Shown here: positions 9,609-16,770 of the stretch, piece by piece
How positions within the stretch are numbered: position 1 is the stretch's first letter
Layout of the letters: each line of letters starts with the position of its first letter
From: Opitutales bacterium
Lineage (GTDB): Bacteria > Verrucomicrobiota > Verrucomicrobiia > Opitutales > UBA9783
Reading direction: 5' to 3'
NCBI GenBank assembly: GCA_046881885.1
Contig: JBKSMP010000019.1
Location: forward strand, 20,119 to 52,118
Length of the DNA stretch: 32,000 bases
Notes under the pieces: model-generated
The model's database searches: none
What the model was told of the DNA's origin: nothing
What the model saw: only the letters and a program-made list of their open reading frames with translations
Program-made: the position numbers and the translations under genes

Positions 9609-10514
9609 TTATTCTTGCTTTGCAGTTAATTGAGTAATGTTGGTATTCGATGTCACAACGATATTGCTGTAATGCTCCACGGTAATATCCGTAAACTTCG
9701 TATGCTCTTCCAGGTAAACACGGAAAAGATTACCATCTTCACTCGGCGTTACAAAACGTTTAATATTGGAAGGTTCATCCTTTAATAAACCGTTTTGAGC
9801 ATAAAAAGCAAAGATCTCGTTACCATTCAACTCATCTCCCTGGATACCCAAATGTTGCTTTTTAAGTAGCTGGATACCTTCAACAAGCAATTTTTCCGAC
9901 AAATGCTCACGTGACATTTCAGCCGAAATACGAGCTCCTGCGTTATCCTGAAGCGCATAACAATCTTGCCGCAAATACCATGCCAGTTCTCCAAAAAGCA
10001 GACGATTTGGATAAAATCCGTGCTCATAACTTGCCAAAAGCAAAGTTTCTCGGATATCCACGTCCGGCTGACTTTCTGCAGTCCACGTCTTCTCCACAAC
10101 ATTTGCATTTGTTTTTAACGCAGAAATCGCTCGTCTTAATTCGTTACGATACAAGCGTTTCATAAGCATATGTACGTAACGTTCCTGCCAATCCTCTCCA
10201 ACGATATCATCTGTATCTACGCGAATCGTTAAACCTTTATTTAAGGTCTTAGCCTGAACCATAGAACCTGAAAACTCGATGCGCTTAAAACTGCTACCCG
10301 ATGCACGCAAATCATCTTGTTCTGAACAAAAGATTTCGTCTGTTTCCGATTTTTTGTATTCAAAACGACGGGCAACAGGTACTTTAGGTGCAATGAAATT
10401 AAGTAAATTCTCAACACCTTCCGTATCGGTCCAATTCTTTGTAAATTGCGTCAAAACCTCCGAATAATGGTTCTGATTAAACTGACTTTCTTTTGCTTGT
10501 GTAAGTGTTTCCAT
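9609..10514 (-). CDS. putative major capsid protein (HK97-fold class expected)
   Basis: The ORF is 301 aa and sits in the canonical position after the protease and decoration genes. It does not resemble Mu gpT as I recall it. It is loosely lambda gpE-like in organisation. No family was identified with certainty. Confidence 0.55.
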   Translation of the reverse strand: METLTQAKESQFNQNHYSEVLTQFTKNWTDTEGVENLLNFIAPKVPVARRFEYKKSETDEIFCSEQDDLRASGSSFKRIEFSGSMVQAKTLNKGLTIRVDTDDIVGEDWQERYVHMLMKRLYRNELRRAISALKTNANVVEKTWTAESQPDVDIRETLLLASYEHGFYPNRLLFGELAWYLRQDCYALQDNAGARISAEMSREHLSEKLLVEGIQLLKKQHLGIQGDELNGNEIFAFYAQNGLLKDEPSNIKRFVTPSEDGNLFRVYLEEHTKFTDITVEHYSNIVVTSNTNITQLTAKQE

Positions 10515-10516
10515 AA

Positions 10517-10951
10517 TTATTTAACTTTAAGGTTACGTGGTAATGAGGTAAGGACTTCGATACATCCATCTTTTTGTCCATCTTCGAGCGCTAAACCAAT
10601 GATACAATAGGTACCGGCCTCAGACGGTAAAGCTTGAGCATGTCCATTATCTGCAAGACAAAGCAACTGACCGGCTTTAACCTTCGAAGCAATACGAATT
10701 TTAGCCGTTCGAGCACACGAAGAAAGGGGTTGCACGCAGATAAGATCGTCCTTTACTTCCGCATTATACTGCGAAACTCCCCAAGGAATTTCTGTTTTAG
10801 GACAGATTTTGACATAATTTGCATCGCCATCAAAACAAACCAAGCAATACGCTTGTAAATCGTCTGTTTTGGAACGTTTCGTTAACATTCCTTCGTGTAC
10901 CCCAACGGCGTTATGCGCATTGGCCATAATTATTTTTTTAGTTGTTTTCAT
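10517..10951 (-). CDS. head decoration / capsid cement-like protein (DUF2190-like pattern)
   Basis: The gene lies between protease and capsid, as lambda gpD does. The C-terminal ...VKAGQLLCLADNGHAQAL...GTYCIIGLALEDGQKDGCIEVL resembles the beta-clam decoration/DUF2190 pattern. The start is ambiguous between M1 and M9. Confidence 0.45.
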   Translation of the reverse strand: MKTTKKIIMANAHNAVGVHEGMLTKRSKTDDLQAYCLVCFDGDANYVKICPKTEIPWGVSQYNAEVKDDLICVQPLSSCARTAKIRIASKVKAGQLLCLADNGHAQALPSEAGTYCIIGLALEDGQKDGCIEVLTSLPRNLKVK

Positions 10952-10957
10952 AAGAAA

Positions 10958-11539
10958 TTAGATATTATTTTTTTTAAAAACTGCATTCCAAGCTTCCGGA
11001 TAACTTTCTCCAGTGGCTTTCATACGCTGATAAACTTTTTGAACAAAATTTAAAATTGCTACTTTTTCGGAACGTTTCTGGACTGATTGCACCGGACAAC
11101 CTTGCGTATTATTTGACTTATAAATCGGCTCTACCGGTAAATTCGGCGTATTAGTAAGGCCTACCGAAAGAAGCTTTTTGGGCACAAAGTGATCGTTGAC
11201 TTCCTCCATTTCCCAGCGCGGAGACACATAACGATATCGTCCATTATCTATCAATTCTCGACCAGATTCTGTCCAATCTACTTGGATCCAAAGTCCGTTA
11301 TCCTTTAAGCAAAAACGTCGAACATAGCCGTAAACAGTCATATTCATATGTTCAGGGAATTGCTGAAAATAGGCATCATCGGGATGACCCACATAAATAG
11401 GAATTTTCGTAAAACCAAAACGAAAGCGCCAGGTTTGCGTTTTCTTTACGCAAGCTTTCAGGGTTTCCTGCGATAAGTATTGCTTACCCAATCGATGGTA
11501 AAATTGTCCAAACGGTGATAATTGTATCCAAGTTTTCAT
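10958..11539 (-). CDS. prohead protease/scaffold-like protein (Mu gpI-like)
   Basis: PIYVGHPD ... GLWIQVDWTESGRELIDNGRYRYVSPRW ... LLSVGLTNTPNLP resembles the Mu-like prophage protein I family pattern (W-T-x-x-G-x-x-x-I-x-x-G-x-Y-R-Y-x-S-P). At 193 aa it is much shorter than Mu gpI. Confidence 0.6.
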   Translation of the reverse strand: MKTWIQLSPFGQFYHRLGKQYLSQETLKACVKKTQTWRFRFGFTKIPIYVGHPDDAYFQQFPEHMNMTVYGYVRRFCLKDNGLWIQVDWTESGRELIDNGRYRYVSPRWEMEEVNDHFVPKKLLSVGLTNTPNLPVEPIYKSNNTQGCPVQSVQKRSEKVAILNFVQKVYQRMKATGESYPEAWNAVFKKNNI

Positions 11540-12729
11540 GATTTTTTCAATAAGTCTTCGTGGTTAGCTGGGGGATTGATGCCAAAATGCTCGCGAACAT
11601 CGTTCAAACTGAGTTCGACCCCCATATCCCATAAGGTTTTAATAATGTTCAAATCGTTATTGAGATTTTTGTTTGGAGACGTCTTGAGCTGAAAATAAGC
11701 CTTAGGATGCTCTGTACCCTCCAAATACTTCAAAACGCAACGATCGATTTGCTCATGCAAGGTATCGGAAATCATTTGTGCATCATCTTCTTCCAATAGA
11801 TCTCGTTCAGCGTTTTGCACCGAACTTCCAAGGCCATGCTGCTGCCCCAAAGTCGTTAAGTCGGATCCACGCCATAAAGCCGCCATTGCACGATCCATAC
11901 GCTCCACCAATTTCGGATACGGTAATTCACCCTTCCCTGAGATATCAATGGCTTGAATATCGGTACCTGCCGTCATCAAGGCGTGAAATTCTGCACCAAA
12001 ATTTTGTACGGCTTCGCGTGCCACTTCCCATTCGTCAGAACCAGGCCGTGCATTCGTAATCCCTTTAACGCCTGGCATACCATTGCGCTCACAATAAATC
12101 AGCCAATCACGCAGAGGTAAATGCTTAAACAAATACGCGATGGAACACGATTCCATCAAACCATCACCGGTCGTGATCAACCATTCATCAGACTTCAATG
12201 GAATCTTTTTATCCCCACCAATATACTGCAAACGTCCCTCTTTATTCTCAAAAAAGAAAAGTGGAACAAAACGAAATTCAGCCGTTAAAAACCGCTTCGA
12301 ATGTTGCGTAAAGGGCTTAAAAACAACTTCGTGAACTGCATAACGCTTGCCAACCGCATCCATCATTTGCCGAATCAGTAGCGGAACTCCACCACGCTCA
12401 TTTTCATCGTAAGCATTGACGCATTGTAAATTATTGTAAAACTGCTCCAGTAAGAATTTTTGGCGCATCGCTTCTTCAGAATTATCAAGCGTCAAAATCT
12501 CCCAAGGAAGTCGCGCAATGGCTTTCTTACGCTTCGAAATAACCCCTTGAAGCAGATCATCACGTCGTTCAATCGCATCCCAAATAAGCGCTGCTTGCTT
12601 CAAATTGCCTGCATGAAAATCGTCCAAAATTCTCGCCAAAGACGCAGGCGTCAAGGAACGAATCGGATTCCAACGCAGTCGCGATAAGCTATCCTGCCGA
12701 AAGGCCGTTAAATAAGTATTAGTTTTCAT
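11536..12729 (-). CDS. phage portal protein (Mu gp29 / DUF935-like)
   Basis: The N-terminal region RWNPIRSLTPASLARILDDFHAGNLKQAALIWDAIERRDDLLQGVISKRKKAIARLPWEI matches my memory of the DUF935 portal signature. Its position between TerL and the protease is also consistent. Confidence 0.75.
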   Translation of the reverse strand: MKTNTYLTAFRQDSLSRLRWNPIRSLTPASLARILDDFHAGNLKQAALIWDAIERRDDLLQGVISKRKKAIARLPWEILTLDNSEEAMRQKFLLEQFYNNLQCVNAYDENERGGVPLLIRQMMDAVGKRYAVHEVVFKPFTQHSKRFLTAEFRFVPLFFFENKEGRLQYIGGDKKIPLKSDEWLITTGDGLMESCSIAYLFKHLPLRDWLIYCERNGMPGVKGITNARPGSDEWEVAREAVQNFGAEFHALMTAGTDIQAIDISGKGELPYPKLVERMDRAMAALWRGSDLTTLGQQHGLGSSVQNAERDLLEEDDAQMISDTLHEQIDRCVLKYLEGTEHPKAYFQLKTSPNKNLNNDLNIIKTLWDMGVELSLNDVREHFGINPPANHEDLLKKS

Positions 12730-14041
12730 AAAGTCTATAAGGTTTAGGAGCTAAAAAAAGCTCTGTTTTAAAAGGTTGAACGGTTGGTTTTCGGTCGGCA
12801 TACAGCGCTAATGCCATTGCCCAAAAACGATCCGCATGGCCATTATTAGAATGCTGAGCGGTTAAATGCGTCTGTTCCCATTGCACACTGAGCAAGTCGG
12901 AAATTAAGGCCTCATCTCTCGGAATGCGCATAGCGTATCGATTGAACGTACTCTTCAACTTATAAGCCAATTCCTCTTTGAGTTTTGAGGTAAAACTAAC
13001 ACCTTCGACACAATACGTTCCAAACTTTGTCTGTGCTCGCTCGAAAAACTGGCTTCCAATACCGGTACGATCAATACAAACATTTTGTACCGAATACGTT
13101 CTAAAAAGGTGCTCAAAGACTTGCTCTTGCTCATCAAAACGTGCATTTTTCAAACATTGCAGATGTCGCATAAAGTAAACATCATCTAGTTTTTCAAAAA
13201 CAACAAATACACTTAAATCGTTCGTTCGAGCAATATCAACCCCCATAAAGGTAGGTCCGTTATTGCGCTGTTTCCAAGCAGTATTCGGCACATAAAAACA
13301 AGGTTCTAGCTCCTTAAACTCAATAAAAGCCGTCGCATCATCAATCGGTTGGCACAAGTACTCTTGCCGAAAACTTTGCTCACTTGGGCACGCATTTTTG
13401 ATGAAATTAAAATAGTCGGCTTCATCCATCTCGCAACGCGGATCTTCTGGAGGCAACTTAGCCTTCAATTTTTTCAAAAATCCTTGCTCCAAAGCATCCA
13501 TTAACGTCACTTTATGCAGGGAAATTTTTTTAGGATTACCACCTTTTGAAGCTTCTTGGACCAGCTGATTAAAAAAATTTCGGCTACCACGATGTGTCGA
13601 AATAATTTCGAGCTGTCCACCCCACGTAATTCCTGGATAAGCAATAGCATACAAATACTCTGGATCATCATGTAAGGCAAATTCATCCAAAATACGCGAA
13701 CCTCGCTTACCTGCTTGTGCATCTGCATTCGAAGAAATAGCTGTCAACGCACTACCATTTTTAAACTTCAACGTGCTCTTTTTGGCGCTTGTAAGACACT
13801 TAAAAGGCACCGTTTGATCCAAAATCGTCGCAAATTGTTTGCAATCCTGCAGAAATAATTGCGCTTGCTTGGCATCACTTGAACAAATCCACGTGTGTTT
13901 CTTAGGCTGACATAAGGCTTGGCGCGTACAACGATAAGCCGTAGCCCACGATAAACCAATTTGACGGGATTTCTCCATCAACTTAATCCGAGCATTGTCT
14001 CGAATCCAACGAATTTGATACGGTAGAAAAAAGGTATTCAT
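12719..14041 (-). CDS. phage terminase large subunit
   Basis: The N-terminus FLPYQIRWIRDNARIKLMEKSRQIGLSWATAY carries a terminase-type Walker A variant (K-S-R-Q-x-G-x-S). RILDEFALHDD is Walker B-like. The C-terminal half has nuclease-like acidic motifs (GVDIARTNDLSVFVV, CIDRTGIG). The 440-aa length fits. Confidence 0.8.
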   Translation of the reverse strand: MNTFFLPYQIRWIRDNARIKLMEKSRQIGLSWATAYRCTRQALCQPKKHTWICSSDAKQAQLFLQDCKQFATILDQTVPFKCLTSAKKSTLKFKNGSALTAISSNADAQAGKRGSRILDEFALHDDPEYLYAIAYPGITWGGQLEIISTHRGSRNFFNQLVQEASKGGNPKKISLHKVTLMDALEQGFLKKLKAKLPPEDPRCEMDEADYFNFIKNACPSEQSFRQEYLCQPIDDATAFIEFKELEPCFYVPNTAWKQRNNGPTFMGVDIARTNDLSVFVVFEKLDDVYFMRHLQCLKNARFDEQEQVFEHLFRTYSVQNVCIDRTGIGSQFFERAQTKFGTYCVEGVSFTSKLKEELAYKLKSTFNRYAMRIPRDEALISDLLSVQWEQTHLTAQHSNNGHADRFWAMALALYADRKPTVQPFKTELFLAPKPYRLYEN

Positions 14042-14370
14042 AACAGTTGCAGTTGATCCTCAATCGTCTTCAAAACGTTTTCGGAAAGATTCCAGGCCTT
14101 TTCATCGCTTGCATCACTTTGCAGCTTTTGCGTAATCGCAAACAATTGTTGATAATTTTGGAGTAATTTATGCAAAATACCGCTCAAATCTTTGACGGAC
14201 GACCAATCCGATTCCATCGTATTTGAGCATAAACTATCGAAAAGTTGCTCCCATAGAAGGCCCATAGACTTTTCAGCCAAGGCCATTTGCTCCCATAAAG
14301 ATGCCGTATTTTTTGCAAACTTAATGCGATCAAGGTGCGATTTAAATGCTTTCGTCATAATCCGTTCCAT
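14038..14370 (-). CDS. helical protein upstream of large terminase (positional candidate small terminase subunit)
   Basis: The sequence is predicted helical. Its stop overlaps the TerL start as ATGA (14041/14038). The likely true start is ATG 14358, which forms an ATGA overlap with the upstream stop. The TerS call is positional only. Confidence 0.4.
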   Translation of the reverse strand: MERIMTKAFKSHLDRIKFAKNTASLWEQMALAEKSMGLLWEQLFDSLCSNTMESDWSSVKDLSGILHKLLQNYQQLFAITQKLQSDASDEKAWNLSENVLKTIEDQLQLL

Positions 14371-14624
14371 TTGTCAATGTCTAGAAAATCAATGCCTTTG
14401 GTCGACAATTTATAGCGTCGACAAGCCGGACAAAGTTCATTCTTGATAGGCGTAATAAATTCCTTATCCACCAAATATTGTAATTCTTTCTTCAAATCAG
14501 TTGGATGCGTATCCAATCCCGCTAAATGTAATCCTTGGCGTAAAGTTTCTTGTGGTAAAGAAACCGGATAAGCAGCTTCTAATTGCAGAAGTAATGTGTG
14601 ACGTATCGTTTCATTTTTATTCAT
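14355..14624 (-). CDS. small hypothetical protein, possible winged-helix DNA-binding protein
   Basis: The ORF is 89 aa. The helix-rich N-terminus followed by ...LQYLVDKEFITPIKN...RRYKLSTKGIDFL is reminiscent of a wHTH fold. The function is not established. Confidence 0.4.
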   Translation of the reverse strand: MNKNETIRHTLLLQLEAAYPVSLPQETLRQGLHLAGLDTHPTDLKKELQYLVDKEFITPIKNELCPACRRYKLSTKGIDFLDIDKWNGL

Positions 14625-14626
14625 AA

Positions 14627-15076
14627 TTAAGCCTTTAAATCAACCAGTGCGCTTCCAAAATAAAGTCCAATAATAGCCGACAATAAATGTGTATCCAACG
14701 GGGTAATCACGATGCCATTTAGGTGGATCCAACGAATTTTTTCGCAAGCAGACGAAAAAAACAAAAAACCATCTGAAAACTGCGAATAGCCAATCGCTAT
14801 AGGCATGTCTGGTTTGATAATAGCAACCAATTTTGGCAACACAATCACCGAAAAAACCGCTAAAATCGCAATCAGCCGGCGTGTGAATTGAAGTCCAGGA
14901 TGGGCATTACGTGCACTTAATACGCTTGCTTCCAAAGTATGCGCTTTGCAAACTTTTAACAAACGTTCCTTATGATGGGCCATCAAGGAAAAACTGAGAA
15001 GTCGCATCGTACTTCCAAAAATCGACGACCCTAAAAGCGAAACAAGTTCTGAAGGTAATGTATTCATATGTTGCAA
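14627..15076 (-). CDS. membrane protein with about three hydrophobic segments (holin-like by topology and position only)
   Basis: This is the first gene of the cluster. Its hydrophobic stretches are LVSLLGSSIFGSTMRLLSFSLM, LIAILAVFSVIVLPKLVAII and LLSAIIGLYFGSAL. The start is either TTG 15076, with GAGG 8 nt upstream, or ATG 15067. Confidence 0.45.
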   Translation of the reverse strand: MQHMNTLPSELVSLLGSSIFGSTMRLLSFSLMAHHKERLLKVCKAHTLEASVLSARNAHPGLQFTRRLIAILAVFSVIVLPKLVAIIKPDMPIAIGYSQFSDGFLFFSSACEKIRWIHLNGIVITPLDTHLLSAIIGLYFGSALVDLKA

Positions 15077-15204
15077 CTAGTTTACCTCAAAATTTTTAAA
15101 TCAACAACGCTTGCATGGGCTAATCCCCTTTGGTTTGGGTGATTGTGTTGTTTATTGTTATTTCGCCAAAAGCCATCTATTTTTGGTCAAAACCTAGAAA
15201 ACTC

Positions 15205-15233
15205 TTGACAAAAAAACTTTATGGCAATAAATA
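15205..15233 (+). promoter_or_regulatory. sigma70-like promoter candidate TTGACA-17nt-TAAATA upstream of ntt
   Basis: A consensus -35 TTGACA lies at 15205-15210, followed by a 17-nt spacer and TAAATA at 15228-15233. The -10 ends about 30 nt upstream of the ntt GTG start. Confidence 0.35.
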
Positions 15234-15261
15234 ATGTTAGCTTTCTAGAACAATAAAAGAG

Positions 15262-16770
15262 GTGAAAGCGAACGAAGAATTTTCAGGATTAAGAGGTATA
15301 TTTTTCCCTATACATGCCTATGAGCTTAAAAAAATTATTCCCTTGGGACTTATTTTATTTTTTGCTTTATTTAATCATTATTGCCTAAAAAATTTAAAAG
15401 ATTCCTTAGTCGTAACGAATGCAGGGGCTGAAGCAATTGCATTTATTAAGCTCTTTGGCGTCCCTCCTTTCGCAATTATTTGCATGTTGCTCTATACAAA
15501 AATGAGCGATCGTTTAAAAAATGAGCACTTATTCTATGCAACTTTAGGCTTTTTTGTCTCTTTTTTCGTTCTATTTACGCTTGTCCTATACCCTTGCAGA
15601 GAATTTATACATCCATCTGCTGAAACCGTTGCACAACTACAAATTGCCTATCCGTATGCTTATTGGTTCTTTGCCATCTGGGGTGTATGGAGTTATGCCT
15701 TATTCTTTGTGTTTGCCGAATTATGGAGTAGTTTCATCTTAACCCTATTGTTTTGGCAATTCGTTAATCAAATTACGGAATTAAAAGAAGCGAAACGTGT
15801 GTATGCCTTCTTAGCGCTTCTGGGACAAGGAGCCGTAACCTTATCTGGTTATATCGGCGTATTAGCCTCGAATATTCGCGATAAAGTTGCATACGACACT
15901 GATCCCTGGCAAATTACCTTATATTGGTTGATTGGAACCGTTTTGGTAAGCAGCTTAATGTCGATGTATTTATACCATTGGGTCTATCGAAATGTATTAA
16001 CCGATCCTCGCTTTTACAACAAACCCGATTTACCTGGCGTTAAAGTCAAAACAAAAGCCAAAAGTAGCGTTTGGAAAAGCTTAAAAATGGTCTGTCGTTC
16101 GCCTTATCTCGGCTTAATTGCGCTATTAGTTTTATGCTACGGCATTAGTGACAACATTATCGAAAATTTTTGGAAGCACGAACTCGGTCAACGTTACCCC
16201 AACATTAACGAATACAATACCTTCATGAGTAATTATACGATGGCCTACGGCTTTTTATCGATGCTTGTGCTCATCGTCGCAGGATACGTATTTCGCCGTT
16301 TTCGCTGGGGTGTTGGCGCCATTTTAACCCCGCTCGTCATGACCATCGGAGGTATTTTACTCTTTATCCCCATGGTATCCAAAGAATTCTTCTTAGGGCT
16401 AGGAGCAGCAGTCAGCTACCAAAGCTTGGTGGTTTATGTAGGAGTTGTTGTCCTGGTGCTCGATAAAGCCTTCAAAATGTCTTTCTTTGACATCAGTAAA
16501 GAAATGGCCTTTATTCCACTTAATGAAGAATTAAAGGTCAAAGGTAAAGCGATTGTCGATGTCTTTGGCTACCGCTTTGGCAAATCCGGCGGTTCGGGTC
16601 TACAAGTCATTCTGTTAACCCTCGTAAGCGCTTTTTCAGGTGTACAAGCGACCTATTCCGATATTGCGATTTACGCGTTTATTATCTTCTTGTTGTGTTC
16701 TTTCGTTTGGCTCATAGCCGTCTTACGCTTGAATCGACAAATACGCGCCAATAAAGTTATTGATGAGTAA
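15262..16770 (+). CDS. ntt: nucleotide transport protein (ATP/ADP translocase, TLC/NTT family)
   Basis: The 502-aa polytopic membrane protein has an N-terminus ...LRGIFFPIHAYELKKIIPLGLILFFALFNHYCLKNLKDSLVVTNAGAEAIAFIKLFGV... This matches the chlamydial/rickettsial NTT pattern (W/F-P-I-H-x-x-E-L-K-K ... L-K-D-x-L-V-V-T). The only plausible start is GTG. Confidence 0.85.
   Translation: MKANEEFSGLRGIFFPIHAYELKKIIPLGLILFFALFNHYCLKNLKDSLVVTNAGAEAIAFIKLFGVPPFAIICMLLYTKMSDRLKNEHLFYATLGFFVSFFVLFTLVLYPCREFIHPSAETVAQLQIAYPYAYWFFAIWGVWSYALFFVFAELWSSFILTLLFWQFVNQITELKEAKRVYAFLALLGQGAVTLSGYIGVLASNIRDKVAYDTDPWQITLYWLIGTVLVSSLMSMYLYHWVYRNVLTDPRFYNKPDLPGVKVKTKAKSSVWKSLKMVCRSPYLGLIALLVLCYGISDNIIENFWKHELGQRYPNINEYNTFMSNYTMAYGFLSMLVLIVAGYVFRRFRWGVGAILTPLVMTIGGILLFIPMVSKEFFLGLGAAVSYQSLVVYVGVVVLVLDKAFKMSFFDISKEMAFIPLNEELKVKGKAIVDVFGYRFGKSGGSGLQVILLTLVSAFSGVQATYSDIAIYAFIIFLLCSFVWLIAVLRLNRQIRANKVIDE

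Larger units (their letters stand above)
5806..15076 (-). mobile_element. phage-derived head/packaging gene cluster (cryptic prophage remnant, satellite or GTA-like locus)
   Basis: Fourteen co-oriented ORFs are tightly packed, with four ATGA start/stop overlaps. Large terminase, portal, protease and capsid-type proteins are recognisable. No integrase, repressor, replication or tail-tube genes are present. The cluster is flanked directly by rpsU and ntt. Confidence 0.8.

Noticed and set aside
12073-12086. Sigma-54-like TGGCATACCATTGC on the plus strand inside the portal gene
   Set aside because: The GG-to-GC spacing is 9 nt, one short of the rigid -24/-12 spacing. It has T instead of C at the conserved -22 position, and it points antisense to the cluster. 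A similar GGGCACGCATTTTTGA at about 13386 lacks the -12 GC.
5661-15261. att-like direct repeats or an integrase flanking the phage-like cluster
   Set aside because: By eye the two flanks share nothing longer than about 8 nt (aacgcttg). No integrase or recombinase ORF is present. The nearest tRNA (Thr, 2873) is separated from the cluster by four core genes. I cannot call a prophage with defined ends; a computed repeat search is still advisable.
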